DNA of 64,000 bases from Candidatus Endomicrobiellum cryptotermitis (GCA_031257835.1 JAIRNY010000026.1:43025-107024), one strand, 5' to 3'; shown: positions 43,930 to 55,489, numbered from the stretch's first letter. Program-made: numbers and translations. Notes: generated by a model from the sequence alone, not told the origin.

Positions 43930-44652
43930 AAACAGCTATCTTACTGGTATCGCCTCAAGCGCAAATAAGGTTTTCTCTAAACAACTAAACATGCAATACC
44001 ACAGGGAACTTATAAGAACACGCTTTCTATTTAACACCGAACTCAATAGCAAATGGTTTATAGTTCCAGGTCTTACTACTATAAGTTATAGGGCTTATAG
44101 CAATAATTTTAACGTCTTTAACTATAGCTAAGGAATGGGAAAATGGTTCTATGGAACTATTGCTTTCAACTCCTGTAAAATCGATAGAAATAGTTATAGG
44201 AAAAATCATTCCATATTTTATTTTGAACATGTTTAGCATTCTAATGATATTTATAATTTCGTTGCTTGTATTTAAAATTCTATTTGAAAGTAGTTTTTTT
44301 ATCTATAGTATTGCTTGCGTTATTTATGTTACTGGAGCTTTAGCCCTAGGTATAATTTATATCTGTTGTTACTCGTCAACAGCAAGCAGCCGTACAGTTT
44401 GCTTTTGCAGTAGGATTGTTACCTTCATTTTTGTTTTCAGGCTTCATATTTTCTATAGAGAACATGCCTCCATTATTTAGATACTTTACTGCCCTTTTCC
44501 CTCAACGCTGGTTTATGGAAATAAGTAGAACTCTATTTTTAAGCAAAACAAATCTAAAAGTTTTACTAGTTCCATTTTTAGCTATTATTATATTTGCGAT
44601 TTTTGTAATAATATTAGCCAATATCAAATTTAAAACAGATATGGAACCTTAA
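43930..44652 (+). pseudogene. ABC-2 permease (YbhS-like) remnant
   Basis: IAKEWENGSMELLLSTPV..GKIIPY; LPSFLFSGFIFSIENMP, in shifted frames. Confidence 0.82.
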
Positions 44653-44653
44653 C

Positions 44654-45450
44654 ATGAGAAAAAGAATTTATACAAATTTTTAGAGATAAAAAGATGATAG
44701 TTGCACTATTTTTTTACCTATAATACAAATTATAATGTTTGGACTTGCTTTAACAAGCGAAGTAAAAAATATAAAATTTGTTATCTTTGCCAAACCTTCT
44801 GACTACATTGCCAACAAAATACAATCAAAAGCTGCCTCAAGCAGATGGTTTAAATATATAGATGACATCGATTCTACAGACTTTTCTTTTCTATTATAGA
44901 AAAAACAATAATTTCTAAAAAAGCAGAAGCCCTTCTAATAGCACCTAAAGAAAATCTTGCCAACGCAATAGAAAAAGAAAAACCTATACAACTTTTAATA
45001 GATGCAAAAAATGCAGTAAGAGCAAGGCAAGTAGAAACATATATTAAAGCAATAACAACAGATGTGATTAAAAAGTACAAAACCAGCCTTATAAATAATA
45101 TAGTAAACCTGGATATAAGAGTCCTTTACAACCATACATTAGACACAGCTCCGTTTATGATTCCTGCCATTACAGTCATTACAGTAATGTCAACATTTAT
45201 AGTAACCATGCTTATATGTTGTATGTCTATAACAAAAGAAAAAGAACAAGGAACTATTGAAAAACTCATTTCATCTCCTATAACATCGTCAGAAATTATA
45301 TTAGGAAAAACATTACCTTATGCAATTATATGTAGGCAGTCAACAACTTGCGTAATATTATGTTAAAAGGAAATGATTTAGTGTTTATTTTGGCAAAATT
45401 GTTATCTACTCTTTGTAATAGCTTTAATTGTATCTACATTAAGTAAACAT
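44654..45450 (+). pseudogene. ABC-2 permease (YbhR-like) remnant
   Basis: KEFIQIFRD-like start; SITKEKEQGTIEKLISSP..GKTLPY; frameshifts and C-terminal deletion. Confidence 0.78.
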
Positions 45451-45568
45451 AGATAGAACCTGGCTTGACTAGTTTTAAGAGAAGAGAAAGATTTTGTTTA
45501 TAAAGTATCAGTTTATAGAGACAAGTGGTTAGGTCAGTATGCAGAGGGAAAAGCTATAAGTTGAGTTT

Positions 45569-45671
45569 GATCTAGTTTAGAACCTTATCGGAGTTACCTT
45601 AAAGAGCGTTCCATGAGCTAAAAACTTTTAATCAATTTAGCAAACTTACAAATAAGATTCTAAATTAGGTC
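45569..45671 (+). mobile_element. Palindromic repeat family 2, internally deleted copy
   Basis: GATCTAGTTTAGAACCTTATCGGAGTTACCTTAAAGAGC ... ATAAGATTCTAAATTAGGTC. Confidence 0.75.
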
Positions 45672-45696
45672 AGGCTAAACCAAAGTATGCGGTATA

Positions 45697-45784
45697 CGGA
45701 GAGGGAGGGATTCGAACCCTCGATACGGTTTCTCGTATATTAGTTTTCGAGACTAACTCCTTCAACCAACTCGGACACCTCTCC
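45697..45784 (-). tRNA. tRNA-Ser (CGA)
   Basis: GGAGAGG acceptor, TTAGT-CTCGAAA-ACTAA anticodon arm, long variable arm, GGTTCGAATCC; CCA not encoded. Confidence 0.96.
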
Positions 45785-45827
45785 AATCTACCATTTAACC
45801 AAACATAAATCATAACAACAAAAACTT

Positions 45828-47897
45828 TTATAACCCTCTAGGAAACTCATCTTCCCAAGGATAAAACATTTCTTCAGGATTCTCGTAACCAAAATTTTGT
45901 TTTGATTTATTAAACGGCATATTGGTTTTCAAAGCAAACTTAAAATCTATCCTTTCTTCCTGTACATTTTTATTTAAAATTATACCAAAATTATAACAAT
46001 GTAAATCTCTGTAAATTAATAACCTTTGAGTCTTTAAAATAAAATATTTCAAATTAATGTTTACTGAAGTTGTTACTTTATAATCTATACGCCATTTAGG
46101 GGTAGCCCAAAAAGCAAACCCTAGAACATTATCTATTTCATTATTTTTATATTCCTTTGAAGGGTTGTCATAGCGCTGGTATAAAAGACTATATTTAAAC
46201 ATTGCCTTTCTAAGATGCCCTATTTTTGCATCAAACTGAAAAGAATTAAATTGGCAAGGATCCATAAGTTGCCTTTCTTGTATAAGCACTGTTACATTGT
46301 ATTTTGGTGTCCAAGTCATTTCTGTAGTAAGAGGTGACCACCTCTTCTTCTTTGAAATAGACCTATTATATCTAAAATCATAAGTAATAGAATTTCTTAC
46401 AGTTGTGCGATCTCCAATAAACATAAAATTGCTTAAAGCAACATTGTTTAACTCTATACCGTAATCATCTGCATTTTTATCTAAATTAAAATAATTTGGT
46501 GTTGTTCTTGCCCTATAAGAATATTTGGCATTTAAATCAATCCAACTTGTAAGTCTATATCTAGTATTTAAAGATGTTTCATATTGAGTAAAAAATGAAT
46601 TGTTATAATTTTTTAGAGTATCTATATCGTACCAATTTTCTACTAAGTCTAAAGATGGTTTTAATATAAGCCTTTTAGACACTTTTAAATTTTTTGTTAA
46701 ATTACATTTAGCAACAGCTGTATCTCTATAAAAATATTTTTTAAGACTATGTCTACTATAAGTATGGTTAAACTGAAATGATGGCCTATACATAATATCC
46801 CAAAAAGTATTTCTACCATAAAAATCCCATTGCATAGACGGTAATTTTATTAAATCTGGTTTGTATTCTGAGGTTAGATCATCATAACAAACATCATATT
46901 CTGTATTTAACAATAAATATGATCTTAGAGACTGTCTTGTTAGTGTAAAATAAGATTGTATCCAATTTTCAACACCGCTCAAATTGCTTGGAGAATAAAT
47001 ATTATTAAAAGTTCTAGAATTTTTTAAATTTATTTGAGAACGAATTATCCAGTTTTTATTTAATCTTTGGAAATAATTGGGCCTAATTGCCCACTTTTCT
47101 TGATTATCTATAAGATCTTTAGTAGAATACAAATGTAAACTTGCATTTGTGTTCTTTCTTACATAATTAAAGTTACCACCATAACCATTACCACGCCTTC
47201 CACGATAATTATACAAAAATTCTCCAAAAGAATTTTCACTCAAAGAACAACCAATGACTGTCTGTAACGTAAAACCTTCAAGTTGTTCATAGCCCGGTTT
47301 AAACTTCATTCTTAAATCTGTACCAAAACCGCGACCACCTTTTAGAGATTTTGTAACCATTGGAAGATAAAAAACTGGCACTTTGCCAACATAAAATATA
47401 GCATTATAAATAGTTATTCTTTTATCTAAAACTAATTTACCTCTCTTGGCTCTAAAATGAGTGTGAGAATCTTCTAAATCACAAGTAGAAAGCTTTACAT
47501 CTCTAATTTCAAAAGTTTTTTTACCTTTACCTTCCATTGCTTTTGCACGCATAAAAACAAAAGAAGAATACGAAAATACTTGTTTTAAGTCTCCAGTATC
47601 TTCATTATATCGATAAGAAACAGTATCAGCAACAGTAGTTGCGCCAGTTTCTTCCACTTTAACGTGCCCAGAAGCATTAAGGATTTTTTTGTCTATTAAA
47701 AATTCAATATGGTCAGCATAAATCTTTTTACCTTGCCAGTTTACAATAACTCCCCCATCAGCAGTTACCAAAGATTTATTTTCAAAATATTCTAAATTAT
47801 CTGCAGAAATGTCAACGTCTTGACAAAAAGACAAACAAGAAAAACATATTAATATAAAAAAAGCAAAATTAAAGCTTTTAATTATCAATTTAAACAT
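45828..47897 (-). CDS. lptD: LPS-assembly protein LptD-like
   Basis: Signal peptide from MFKLIIK; OstA-like ISADNLEY..A.G.V; STCD, PVFYLP; C-terminal barrel with RDLHCY. Confidence 0.8.
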   Translation of the reverse strand: MFKLIIKSFNFAFFILICFSCLSFCQDVDISADNLEYFENKSLVTADGGVIVNWQGKKIYADHIEFLIDKKILNASGHVKVEETGATTVADTVSYRYNEDTGDLKQVFSYSSFVFMRAKAMEGKGKKTFEIRDVKLSTCDLEDSHTHFRAKRGKLVLDKRITIYNAIFYVGKVPVFYLPMVTKSLKGGRGFGTDLRMKFKPGYEQLEGFTLQTVIGCSLSENSFGEFLYNYRGRRGNGYGGNFNYVRKNTNASLHLYSTKDLIDNQEKWAIRPNYFQRLNKNWIIRSQINLKNSRTFNNIYSPSNLSGVENWIQSYFTLTRQSLRSYLLLNTEYDVCYDDLTSEYKPDLIKLPSMQWDFYGRNTFWDIMYRPSFQFNHTYSRHSLKKYFYRDTAVAKCNLTKNLKVSKRLILKPSLDLVENWYDIDTLKNYNNSFFTQYETSLNTRYRLTSWIDLNAKYSYRARTTPNYFNLDKNADDYGIELNNVALSNFMFIGDRTTVRNSITYDFRYNRSISKKKRWSPLTTEMTWTPKYNVTVLIQERQLMDPCQFNSFQFDAKIGHLRKAMFKYSLLYQRYDNPSKEYKNNEIDNVLGFAFWATPKWRIDYKVTTSVNINLKYFILKTQRLLIYRDLHCYNFGIILNKNVQEERIDFKFALKTNMPFNKSKQNFGYENPEEMFYPWEDEFPRGL

Positions 47898-47901
47898 TTG
47901 C

Positions 47902-48849
47902 TTATTGTCTTGAAAGCATTGCGGCTCCAACAACTCCAAGATTATGAGTAGATTTTGACACAATAATTTTGCAGGCCTTTGTTGCAGACTTAAATGCTCT
48001 GGTTTGAATTTCTTTTACACTATATTTCATAAAATATTTTTTTGCATGGCTAATCCCTCCGCATAAAACTATTGTATCAGGATTAGCAAAATTTATAATA
48101 ATTGAAAGAAAATTCCTAATTTCTGGCCAACTATTTTCCAAATTTCTTTTGATACTTTATCTCCATTTTTTGCAGCTTGAGTTAATAACTGTGGTGTTAT
48201 CAACTTATAATTTTTATTTGTAAGTTTATCTATCATTTTAGAATTGTTATCCTTTAAATAATCTTGCACAAATTTTGACAAATGTTTTGCACCAACAAAA
48301 GTTTCTATGCACCCTCTATTTCCACAGTTGCACTTTTTACCATAAGCGTCAATTGTAATATAGCCTACTTCGCCTGTAGTACCACTAATACCTCTATAAA
48401 GTTTTTTGTCAAACTATAAGTCTGCCACCAACACCAGTACCAAGAGTTATACATACTAAATCTGTAGAATTACCCTTACCATCAAGCCAAAAAGCTCCAA
48501 TAGAAGCTGTATTTGCGTCGTTATCCACATAAACTTTTTTTTGAGTTAAGCCTCTGTTAATATATCCCTTACTTTTACATTTTTCCACTTTTTTAAATTG
48601 GGAGAGAAACGTACTACCCCTTGTACTAAAACAAACATCGCCTGCTATACCTACACCTATACTTTTTATTTTAGAATAATCTTTAAATTTTTTTGCAATA
48701 TTAATTATACTTTTAAAAATATCTGCTGGCTTAGCGTTAACATCTGTTGAAATAACAGATTCTTCAATTATAACGCCTTTAGAATTAACTAGAGTTACCT
48801 TAATACAAGTACCACCAATATCTATACCTAAATATAAACTTTCAAGCAT
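47902..48849 (-). pseudogene. ROK family sugar kinase (glucokinase-like) pseudogene
   Basis: GIDIGGT, VDNDAN, ITLGTGVGG, CNCGNRGCIE, GVVGAA spread over at least three frames. Confidence 0.88.
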
Positions 48850-48881
48850 ACATGCACTCTCCTAATATGTAATTATAATTT

Positions 48882-50147
48882 CTATTTTATATTAGCAAGT
48901 ATTTCGCCAGAAAGATAAAGGGATCCAACACATATTACAATTTTATGATCACTTGCAACACTTAACGCCTCCATAACAGAATTAACAGTATAAATGTTAT
49001 TTGGAACAATAAATTTTAAAAACTCTTCTTTTAAAATATTATTACTTACTGATCTATTGTTATTTATTTTTGGCAGTACAATCTTTTTTGTAAAAGGAGC
49101 TATTTTTTTAACCATTAACTTATAATTTTTTTCTTTCATAGAACCAAAAATAAACACTTTTTTACTTTTAGCAAACCCTAACTGCTTATAAGTATCCACA
49201 AAAGCTTTTAATCCTTCTTCATTATGAGCACTATCTATAACAATTGTTAAACATTTATTATTTATTTTTACTTTTTTTATCTCAAATCTAGCTTTCCAAA
49301 AAGTTTTTTCTAAGCCATTTCTTATATTTCTAGAATTTATTTTTACAAAACCATTCTTAAGCAAAAACTCTACTGCACAAATAGCAACACAGGCATTAAT
49401 AATTTGATGTTTGCCTAAAAGTTTTTCTCGTAAATTCTTCAAATGTAAAGACTTACTAATGTAGTCAAACCTTTGGCTATTTAAACTCATCTTAACATTT
49501 AAAGCTTTAAAATCTTTTTGGTAAAATCTAACAATGTGACTTTTTGATTTATTTCTTATAACATCACTAGCTTTTTTTTGCAATTTTCCACAAACAACAC
49601 TTGAACTTTTCTTTATTATTCCAGACTTTTCAAAAGCTATCTTTTCAACCGTATTGCCCAATATTTCTTGATGATCTTTTGAAATAGATGTTATAATACA
49701 AATTAAAGGATTTTTAATTATATTTGTAGCATCAAACCTACCTCCTAAACCCGTTTCAATTATTGCAATATCCACTTTCTGTTGTTCAAAATATATAAAC
49801 GATAAAGCAGTCAAATATTCAAAATAAGAAAGTTTACAATCTAAAGCTTTTTTAAAATACTTTTGTAAATATTGCTCAAATACATTTTGTTCTATATTTC
49901 TACCATTAATTTTAATTCTTTCTTTAATATCTACCAAGTGAGGAGAAGTATATAAACCTACTTTATATCCACTAACTTTTAAAATTTCTGTTATAAAAGC
50001 TGCACATGACCCTTTACCATTAGTGCCTGCAATATGCACCACTTTAATCTTATCTTGAGGATTTTTAAACACACTTAAAAATTCTTTTATTCTTAAAAGA
50101 CCAGGAGTCATACTTTCATATTCTTTAAATTTTTCAAAAAAGTTCAT
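48882..50147 (-). CDS. folC: Folylpolyglutamate synthase / dihydrofolate synthase
   Basis: [38 protein letters not shown]. Confidence 0.96.
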   Translation of the reverse strand: MNFFEKFKEYESMTPGLLRIKEFLSVFKNPQDKIKVVHIAGTNGKGSCAAFITEILKVSGYKVGLYTSPHLVDIKERIKINGRNIEQNVFEQYLQKYFKKALDCKLSYFEYLTALSFIYFEQQKVDIAIIETGLGGRFDATNIIKNPLICIITSISKDHQEILGNTVEKIAFEKSGIIKKSSSVVCGKLQKKASDVIRNKSKSHIVRFYQKDFKALNVKMSLNSQRFDYISKSLHLKNLREKLLGKHQIINACVAICAVEFLLKNGFVKINSRNIRNGLEKTFWKARFEIKKVKINNKCLTIVIDSAHNEEGLKAFVDTYKQLGFAKSKKVFIFGSMKEKNYKLMVKKIAPFTKKIVLPKINNNRSVSNNILKEEFLKFIVPNNIYTVNSVMEALSVASDHKIVICVGSLYLSGEILANIK

Positions 50148-50968
50148 TTTTTAGAGAAAAACCCTAAAAGTTTAATAAGTATATTTTTCATATCCTTTCT
50201 TTCTACAACAATGTCAACCATCCCATGTTTTTCTAAAAATTCAGATAGTTGGAAGCCTTCCGGAAGTTGTTGCCCTATTGTTTGTTCTATAACCCTAGGA
50301 CCCGCAAAACCAATTAAAGCTTTTGGTTCAGCAATATTGACATCCCCAAGCATTGCAAAACTGGCTGCCACTCCGCCAGTTGTAGGATCTGTTAAAACAG
50401 AGATATATGCTAATCCCTCATCTGAAAGCTTTGCAAGAGCTGCACTAGTCTTCCCCATCTGCATTAGAGAAACTATACCTTCTTGCATTCTTGCTCCACC
50501 AGAAGAAGAAACAATAATTACAGGATTTTTTTTCTTTATAGCCTTTTCTATAGCTCTAACTATCTTTTCGCCTACAACTGACCCCATACTACCACCCATA
50601 AACGAAAAGTCCATAACAGCAACTATAGTGTTATATCCACCAATCTTTGCTTCACCTGTCACAATAGCATCATTAATATTTGACTTTTTTATCTTTTCTT
50701 CATACCCAGGGAAATTTAAAAAATCGACAGATTCTAAACCAGTGTCCATTTCTTTAAAACTAGCCTCATCTACCGTAATTTGAATTCTTTTTCTTGCATC
50801 AAGCCTGTAATAGTACCCACATTTTGGACACACCATCAAACTTTCTTCCAACTCTTTCTGCAAAAGAATTTGGTCACATTTTTTACATTTAGTCCATATA
50901 CCTGCAAGGATCCCTTTTTTTTGAGTAATTCCTTCTGTTTGCTTTTCAATATCCATTATTTCTCCCAT
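50144..50968 (-). CDS. accD: Acetyl-CoA carboxylase carboxyltransferase beta subunit
   Basis: WTKC..C/CPKC Zn finger; [28 protein letters not shown]. Confidence 0.97.
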   Translation of the reverse strand: MGEIMDIEKQTEGITQKKGILAGIWTKCKKCDQILLQKELEESLMVCPKCGYYYRLDARKRIQITVDEASFKEMDTGLESVDFLNFPGYEEKIKKSNINDAIVTGEAKIGGYNTIVAVMDFSFMGGSMGSVVGEKIVRAIEKAIKKKNPVIIVSSSGGARMQEGIVSLMQMGKTSAALAKLSDEGLAYISVLTDPTTGGVAASFAMLGDVNIAEPKALIGFAGPRVIEQTIGQQLPEGFQLSEFLEKHGMVDIVVERKDMKNILIKLLGFFSKK

Positions 50969-50987
50969 ACAACACTTACATAAATTC

Positions 50988-51950
50988 TCATTCTATTCCT
51001 TCTCTAAGCAAATCACCCTGATCTAAAACACCTAAAGGCTTATTATCTTTGCTCACAACAGGAATGTTATCTATATTATGACTTTTTAATATTCTTGCAG
51101 CATCAACTGCCATAGTTTCAGGAGCTACAACTAAAGGATTTTTAGTCATAACTGAAGTTATATTCTTCTTTAATATTTTATCGTCATTTTGCAAATGTCT
51201 ACGTAAATCTCCATCAGTAAAAAAACCAATAAGTTTCCCCTTATTATCAACAATACTCGTAGCACCAACTTTTGTGCCCGTCATAACAAGTAAAGACGAT
51301 CCTACTGTGGCATTATGTTTAACTACTGGATTTTGCTTTCCCTTTCTCATTAAATCCCTTACTTGCATCGTAAGTTTCTTCCCTATTGCCCCCAAAGGAT
51401 GAAGTATCGCTAAATGCTCTTTTTTAAACTTTTTAAGATTTGAAACAGTAAGTGCTAAAGCATCCCCTATTGCAAGCATAGCAGTTGTGGAGGCCGTTGG
51501 GACAAAATTATATGGACAGGCTTCCTTTTCTACACTACAATCAATAATAGTATCACAACCTTGCCAAACTTGAGCTTTTGATTTCCCAGTCATTGCAATG
51601 GTTTTAATACCTATCTTTTTTATAACAGGGAAAACTCTTTTTATCTCTTCAGTTTCTCCAGAATAAGAAAGAAGTATTGCAACATCATTCTTCATTAATA
51701 CCCCTAAATCTCCGTGAAGTCCCTCTGCAGGATGTAAAAATAAAGAAGGTATACCAACAGATGACATTGTTGCAGAAATCTTTCTCCCTATAAGTCCAGA
51801 TTTGCCAAGACCTATTATGACAACATGCCCTTTGCAATTCTTCATCATCAAAATAGCTTTTTTAAAATCTGTGTCTAAGTGTTTTATTTGAGCCATTATT
51901 GCTTTAGATTCTAATTCTAATATCTCTTTTGCTATTTTTAAATTATTCAT
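50988..51950 (-). CDS. kdsD: Arabinose-5-phosphate isomerase (KpsF/GutQ family)
   Basis: [30 protein letters not shown], two CBS domains. Confidence 0.92.
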   Translation of the reverse strand: MNNLKIAKEILELESKAIMAQIKHLDTDFKKAILMMKNCKGHVVIIGLGKSGLIGRKISATMSSVGIPSLFLHPAEGLHGDLGVLMKNDVAILLSYSGETEEIKRVFPVIKKIGIKTIAMTGKSKAQVWQGCDTIIDCSVEKEACPYNFVPTASTTAMLAIGDALALTVSNLKKFKKEHLAILHPLGAIGKKLTMQVRDLMRKGKQNPVVKHNATVGSSLLVMTGTKVGATSIVDNKGKLIGFFTDGDLRRHLQNDDKILKKNITSVMTKNPLVVAPETMAVDAARILKSHNIDNIPVVSKDNKPLGVLDQGDLLREGIE

Positions 51951-51962
51951 CTTTTCTTCTCC

Positions 51963-52595
51963 TCAAAATCCATGAGATATTTTAATAAAAGCACTCATTT
52001 TATCGTAGTCTTTTCTCTTAGCTAGTCTTTCTATTAAAGAATCTGAATCAAATCCATAGGGATTTACATTTTTTATAAAATTTTTGATATCATCAAACTG
52101 CATCATTATATCTACATCTACAAACACACGAACTTTCAAATCCATTACTTTTAAAACAATATCATAGTTATCTTTAGAGACTTGGCCATTTACACAAACT
52201 ACACTTAAGACAAAATAATCAACAACATCTTTATAAGAAGCTATTGTTAACATATTACTTTCTTGATTAATTCTAAAATATTTAAAAATTTTTACATTTT
52301 GAGTTTCTTTAATAGACTTACAAACTTCAAATGAAATTCCTTCATTAAATTGAACATTTTTGATAGAACACTTTTTTATTAATCTTAAAATATCCTTTTG
52401 TTCATTATTAGAAAAAATAGCAACACAATTAATAAAAGGAGGAAGTTTTGAAGTTATATCTAAAAAAAGTTTCTCAGACACTTTTTTAGTAGATTCTTTA
52501 ATAAAATCAAAACTCAAAAAATCTGCGCCTAAATTTGTTGCATCTAAAGCATCCTTATAATTTGCAAGTCCTGAAATTTTAACTTTCGCCATCAC
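51963..52595 (-). CDS. trpF: Phosphoribosylanthranilate isomerase-like protein, catalytically degenerate
   Basis: KVKISGL..DA..A..LGADF..F..S, PYGFD, KD..KM..F; catalytic and phosphate-binding motifs altered. Confidence 0.7.
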   Translation of the reverse strand: MMAKVKISGLANYKDALDATNLGADFLSFDFIKESTKKVSEKLFLDITSKLPPFINCVAIFSNNEQKDILRLIKKCSIKNVQFNEGISFEVCKSIKETQNVKIFKYFRINQESNMLTIASYKDVVDYFVLSVVCVNGQVSKDNYDIVLKVMDLKVRVFVDVDIMMQFDDIKNFIKNVNPYGFDSDSLIERLAKRKDYDKMSAFIKISHGF

Positions 52596-52667
52596 AATTA
52601 CCTTTTAACTGTATAATAAAAACATAAATTTAACCTACTTAATAGTGTTATTAGTTTAGCAAAATTT

Positions 52668-53312
52668 TTAATTCTTGTTTATTGATGGACAGATTTTGTT
52701 TAAAGGACAACCGGAATGATTTGGTTTTCTTGCCTTACAGATAGTTCTTCCTAAACTTTGTATATAAAAAGAAAAATCTATCCAACATCTTTTAGGTACA
52801 AGTTCCATTAAATCCCTTTCTATTTTGACAGGATTATCGCTTTTTGTAAGTTTAAGCAAATTTGCAATTCTTATAACATGAGTATCCACAGCAATTCCTT
52901 CTGACTTCCCATAAGCACTTCCTAAAACAACGTTTGCTGTTTTTCGTGCTACTCCAGGTAATTTTATAAGTTCATGTATATTGTTAGGAACAATTCCACC
53001 ACGTAAATCCCTTATTAAGTTTGCAGACTTAATAATATTCTTTGCTTTATTTCTAAAAAATCCAGCAGATCTTATATCTTCTGCAAGTTCTAAAATATTG
53101 GCATTAGCATAATCATCTATTGTTCTATACTTATTGAAAAGTTCTTTCGTTATTTTATTAACACGCTCATCTGTACACTGAGCAGATAAAATTACAGCTA
53201 CAAGCAACTCAAATGGATTAGAAAAGTTAAGAGCACATTTTAGCTTAGTACCAAAATGCTTCTTTAAAATATTTATTATTTTTAATACATAATTATTTTT
53301 ATTATTAATCAT
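52668..53312 (-). CDS. nth: Endonuclease III
   Basis: ILSAQCTDERVN, LPGVARKTANVV, VDTHV; one cluster Cys position is His (CKARKPNHSGCPLNKICP). Confidence 0.95.
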   Translation of the reverse strand: MINNKNNYVLKIINILKKHFGTKLKCALNFSNPFELLVAVILSAQCTDERVNKITKELFNKYRTIDDYANANILELAEDIRSAGFFRNKAKNIIKSANLIRDLRGGIVPNNIHELIKLPGVARKTANVVLGSAYGKSEGIAVDTHVIRIANLLKLTKSDNPVKIERDLMELVPKRCWIDFSFYIQSLGRTICKARKPNHSGCPLNKICPSINKN

Positions 53313-54093
53313 TTACAATTTCGAGTATTTCTTTATGAATTTTTAAGCTATTAGAGGCAAGCATTGTACTTTTAAATAAACAGTCTCTATTCCTAGAATA
53401 GTCAGAAACTATTCCACCTGCTTCTTTTACTAACAAAAGACCTGCAGCAATATCCCAAGCTTTTAAGCCTTGTTCCAAAAAAAATTCAAAACGACCACAA
53501 GCTACATATGCCAAATCTAAAGCTGCAGAACCTAACCTTCTAACTCCTTGAACTTTAACTATTATACTTTCAAAATTCTTTAGTATTTTATTATTATTTT
53601 CTTTTATAGAATAAGGAAATCCAGTAACACCTAAAGCTCTTATATTATCCTTTATACTAGAAACTCTAATTTTCTTGCCATTAAGCCAAGCACCTTTCCC
53701 TTTTTCTGCTATAAAAACTTCATTTATAATAGGCGAATATATAATGCCTGTTATAATTTCATTTTTATATTTTAGCCCAATAGAAACAGCAAATACAGGA
53801 AGACCGTGCAAGAAATTTACTGTACCATCGAGCGGATCTATAATCCAACAATAGTCTCTGTCTACTTCGTTTATGCCATCTTCTTCAGCTAAAATGCCAT
53901 GCTCAGGAAAAACATCTTTTATAACTTTAATTATTGCTGTTTGCGAACCTTTATCTGCCTGAGTAACAGGATCAATTTCACCTTTATATTCAACATTTAA
54001 TTTTCCATTATAATGTTTAAGCAAAACTTCTGCTCCCTTGTGTGCTGCAGCTAAAGCTATGTTTGTAAAAGAAGAAAATTTCATATTCCTCAC
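53305..54093 (-). CDS. suhB: Inositol monophosphatase
   Basis: WIIDPLDGTVNF, RRLGSAALDLAYVACGR, WDIAAG. Confidence 0.93.
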   Translation of the reverse strand: MRNMKFSSFTNIALAAAHKGAEVLLKHYNGKLNVEYKGEIDPVTQADKGSQTAIIKVIKDVFPEHGILAEEDGINEVDRDYCWIIDPLDGTVNFLHGLPVFAVSIGLKYKNEIITGIIYSPIINEVFIAEKGKGAWLNGKKIRVSSIKDNIRALGVTGFPYSIKENNNKILKNFESIIVKVQGVRRLGSAALDLAYVACGRFEFFLEQGLKAWDIAAGLLLVKEAGGIVSDYSRNRDCLFKSTMLASNSLKIHKEILEIVND

Positions 54094-54969
54094 CTATTTT
54101 TTTAGTGTATACATACTAGAATCTATTTTTTCGCCATTATCATCTAACTTTTCAACTGTATTTTTATCTATAAAATGAAAAGATAAATTTTTATTCTTAT
54201 TTAACATAAAAGAAGATAAATCTGATGTTGGGTACCACTTTCCAAAAGATTTAAAAGTTTTTCCATTAAGCTCTAAGTAAGTTTGTTTTAAATAAAATGT
54301 GTAATCTGGCTTTAATTTAAGCTCTACTTCCATTAACTTTCCAGTGTTTGAAACTGGAAATGTACCTTTATAAACACCAGTATAATTTTTTAGCATATCA
54401 TAAATATCTATTGGAGAATTTATATTCCTTTTACCAAAAGGTAAAACTATAACCTTCTTATTACTATCTATAAAGCACGCATTTATAATTACTTTGGGTT
54501 TTTGTATTTTAAAAATATACACATTCGGGACAAAATATCCCAAATCTTTAGCATCTTTTTGACTAACTTCATAGTCTATATACATGTTATTACTCAACAT
54601 ACAAACACGTTTAATAGATATTACTTTAAAATCTTTAGAAGGTTTCATGGCAATAACTATTACTATCTCATTGTTAAAGTCAGGCATAACAACAGAATTA
54701 GCCATCGTTTTTACAATACCTACAATTTTTTTCAACTTAGTTAAAGATTCTATTGAAAAAAAATTAATTTCATGTAAAAGTTTTATATTATTTTTAAGAA
54801 AATATCCATTAAGAATACTAAAAGATAAATCTTCTCCCTGCTCTAAGTTAATAACATTTGACTCCACTTGTTGCACTACTTTTTGAGGCTTACTTTCCTG
54901 TTTACGAACCGTTACACATCCAGTAACAAAAAACAAAGTAGCAATTAATAAAATAGTTGCCTTTTTCAT
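54094..54969 (-). CDS. Lipoprotein with C-terminal NlpE-N-like domain
   Basis: Lipobox FVTGC; GVYKGTFP..L.LKPDYTF.L..TY..G.W. Confidence 0.6.
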   Translation of the reverse strand: MKKATILLIATLFFVTGCVTVRKQESKPQKVVQQVESNVINLEQGEDLSFSILNGYFLKNNIKLLHEINFFSIESLTKLKKIVGIVKTMANSVVMPDFNNEIVIVIAMKPSKDFKVISIKRVCMLSNNMYIDYEVSQKDAKDLGYFVPNVYIFKIQKPKVIINACFIDSNKKVIVLPFGKRNINSPIDIYDMLKNYTGVYKGTFPVSNTGKLMEVELKLKPDYTFYLKQTYLELNGKTFKSFGKWYPTSDLSSFMLNKNKNLSFHFIDKNTVEKLDDNGEKIDSSMYTLKK

Positions 54970-55176
54970 AAAATCCTCTTATATTAAAAGGGAAGGGACA
55001 TTAATTTTTATAGAGTATACCATTTTTATAACAGAAAAATGAATAAAGTAAAATTAATATATGAAATCTCAAAATATTAAAATGTCGTCTCTATCTAAGC
55101 AATACAAAGCATTGACAAAATTTATAAAAATTGTTAAGGAACACCAGGAGTTATACATGGATTTAAATGCTACTAT

Positions 55177-55489
55177 ATGCAAAACAACAATGGTGAGCCA
55201 ATGAGAACACATAGCGGAGCTAGTGGACTTGATTATCTTGGAGTTGGGCCACAACATTGTTATTTAAAAGATATTTGTCGTACAAATTATGTAACTGTAA
55301 ATGATGACGAAGCTATAGATGCATTTGTTATTCTCTCACAGAAAGAAGGACTTATTCCTGCTCTTGAAAGCGCGCATGCAGTAGCATATGCTTTAAAATT
55401 AAACAATTTTAGTCAATCTTTCCGGAAGAGGTGATAAAGATTTAGAATATATTATTAAAAATTACAGCAAACATTACCTACACGTCTAA
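55177..55489 (+). pseudogene. trpB: Tryptophan synthase beta chain, C-terminal remnant
   Basis: [36 protein letters not shown], then frameshifted [10 protein letters not shown]; N-terminal part with the PLP lysine is missing. Confidence 0.9.

Noticed and set aside
40900-45784. Integrative element at tRNA-Ser carrying the efflux operon
   Set aside because: No integrase or duplicated tRNA 3' end found by eye; adjacency alone is insufficient.
50211-50783. Long antisense ORFs (here, and e.g. 56645-57031, 61545-61979, 17888-18283)
   Set aside because: Shadow frames opposite conserved genes with no recognisable motifs.
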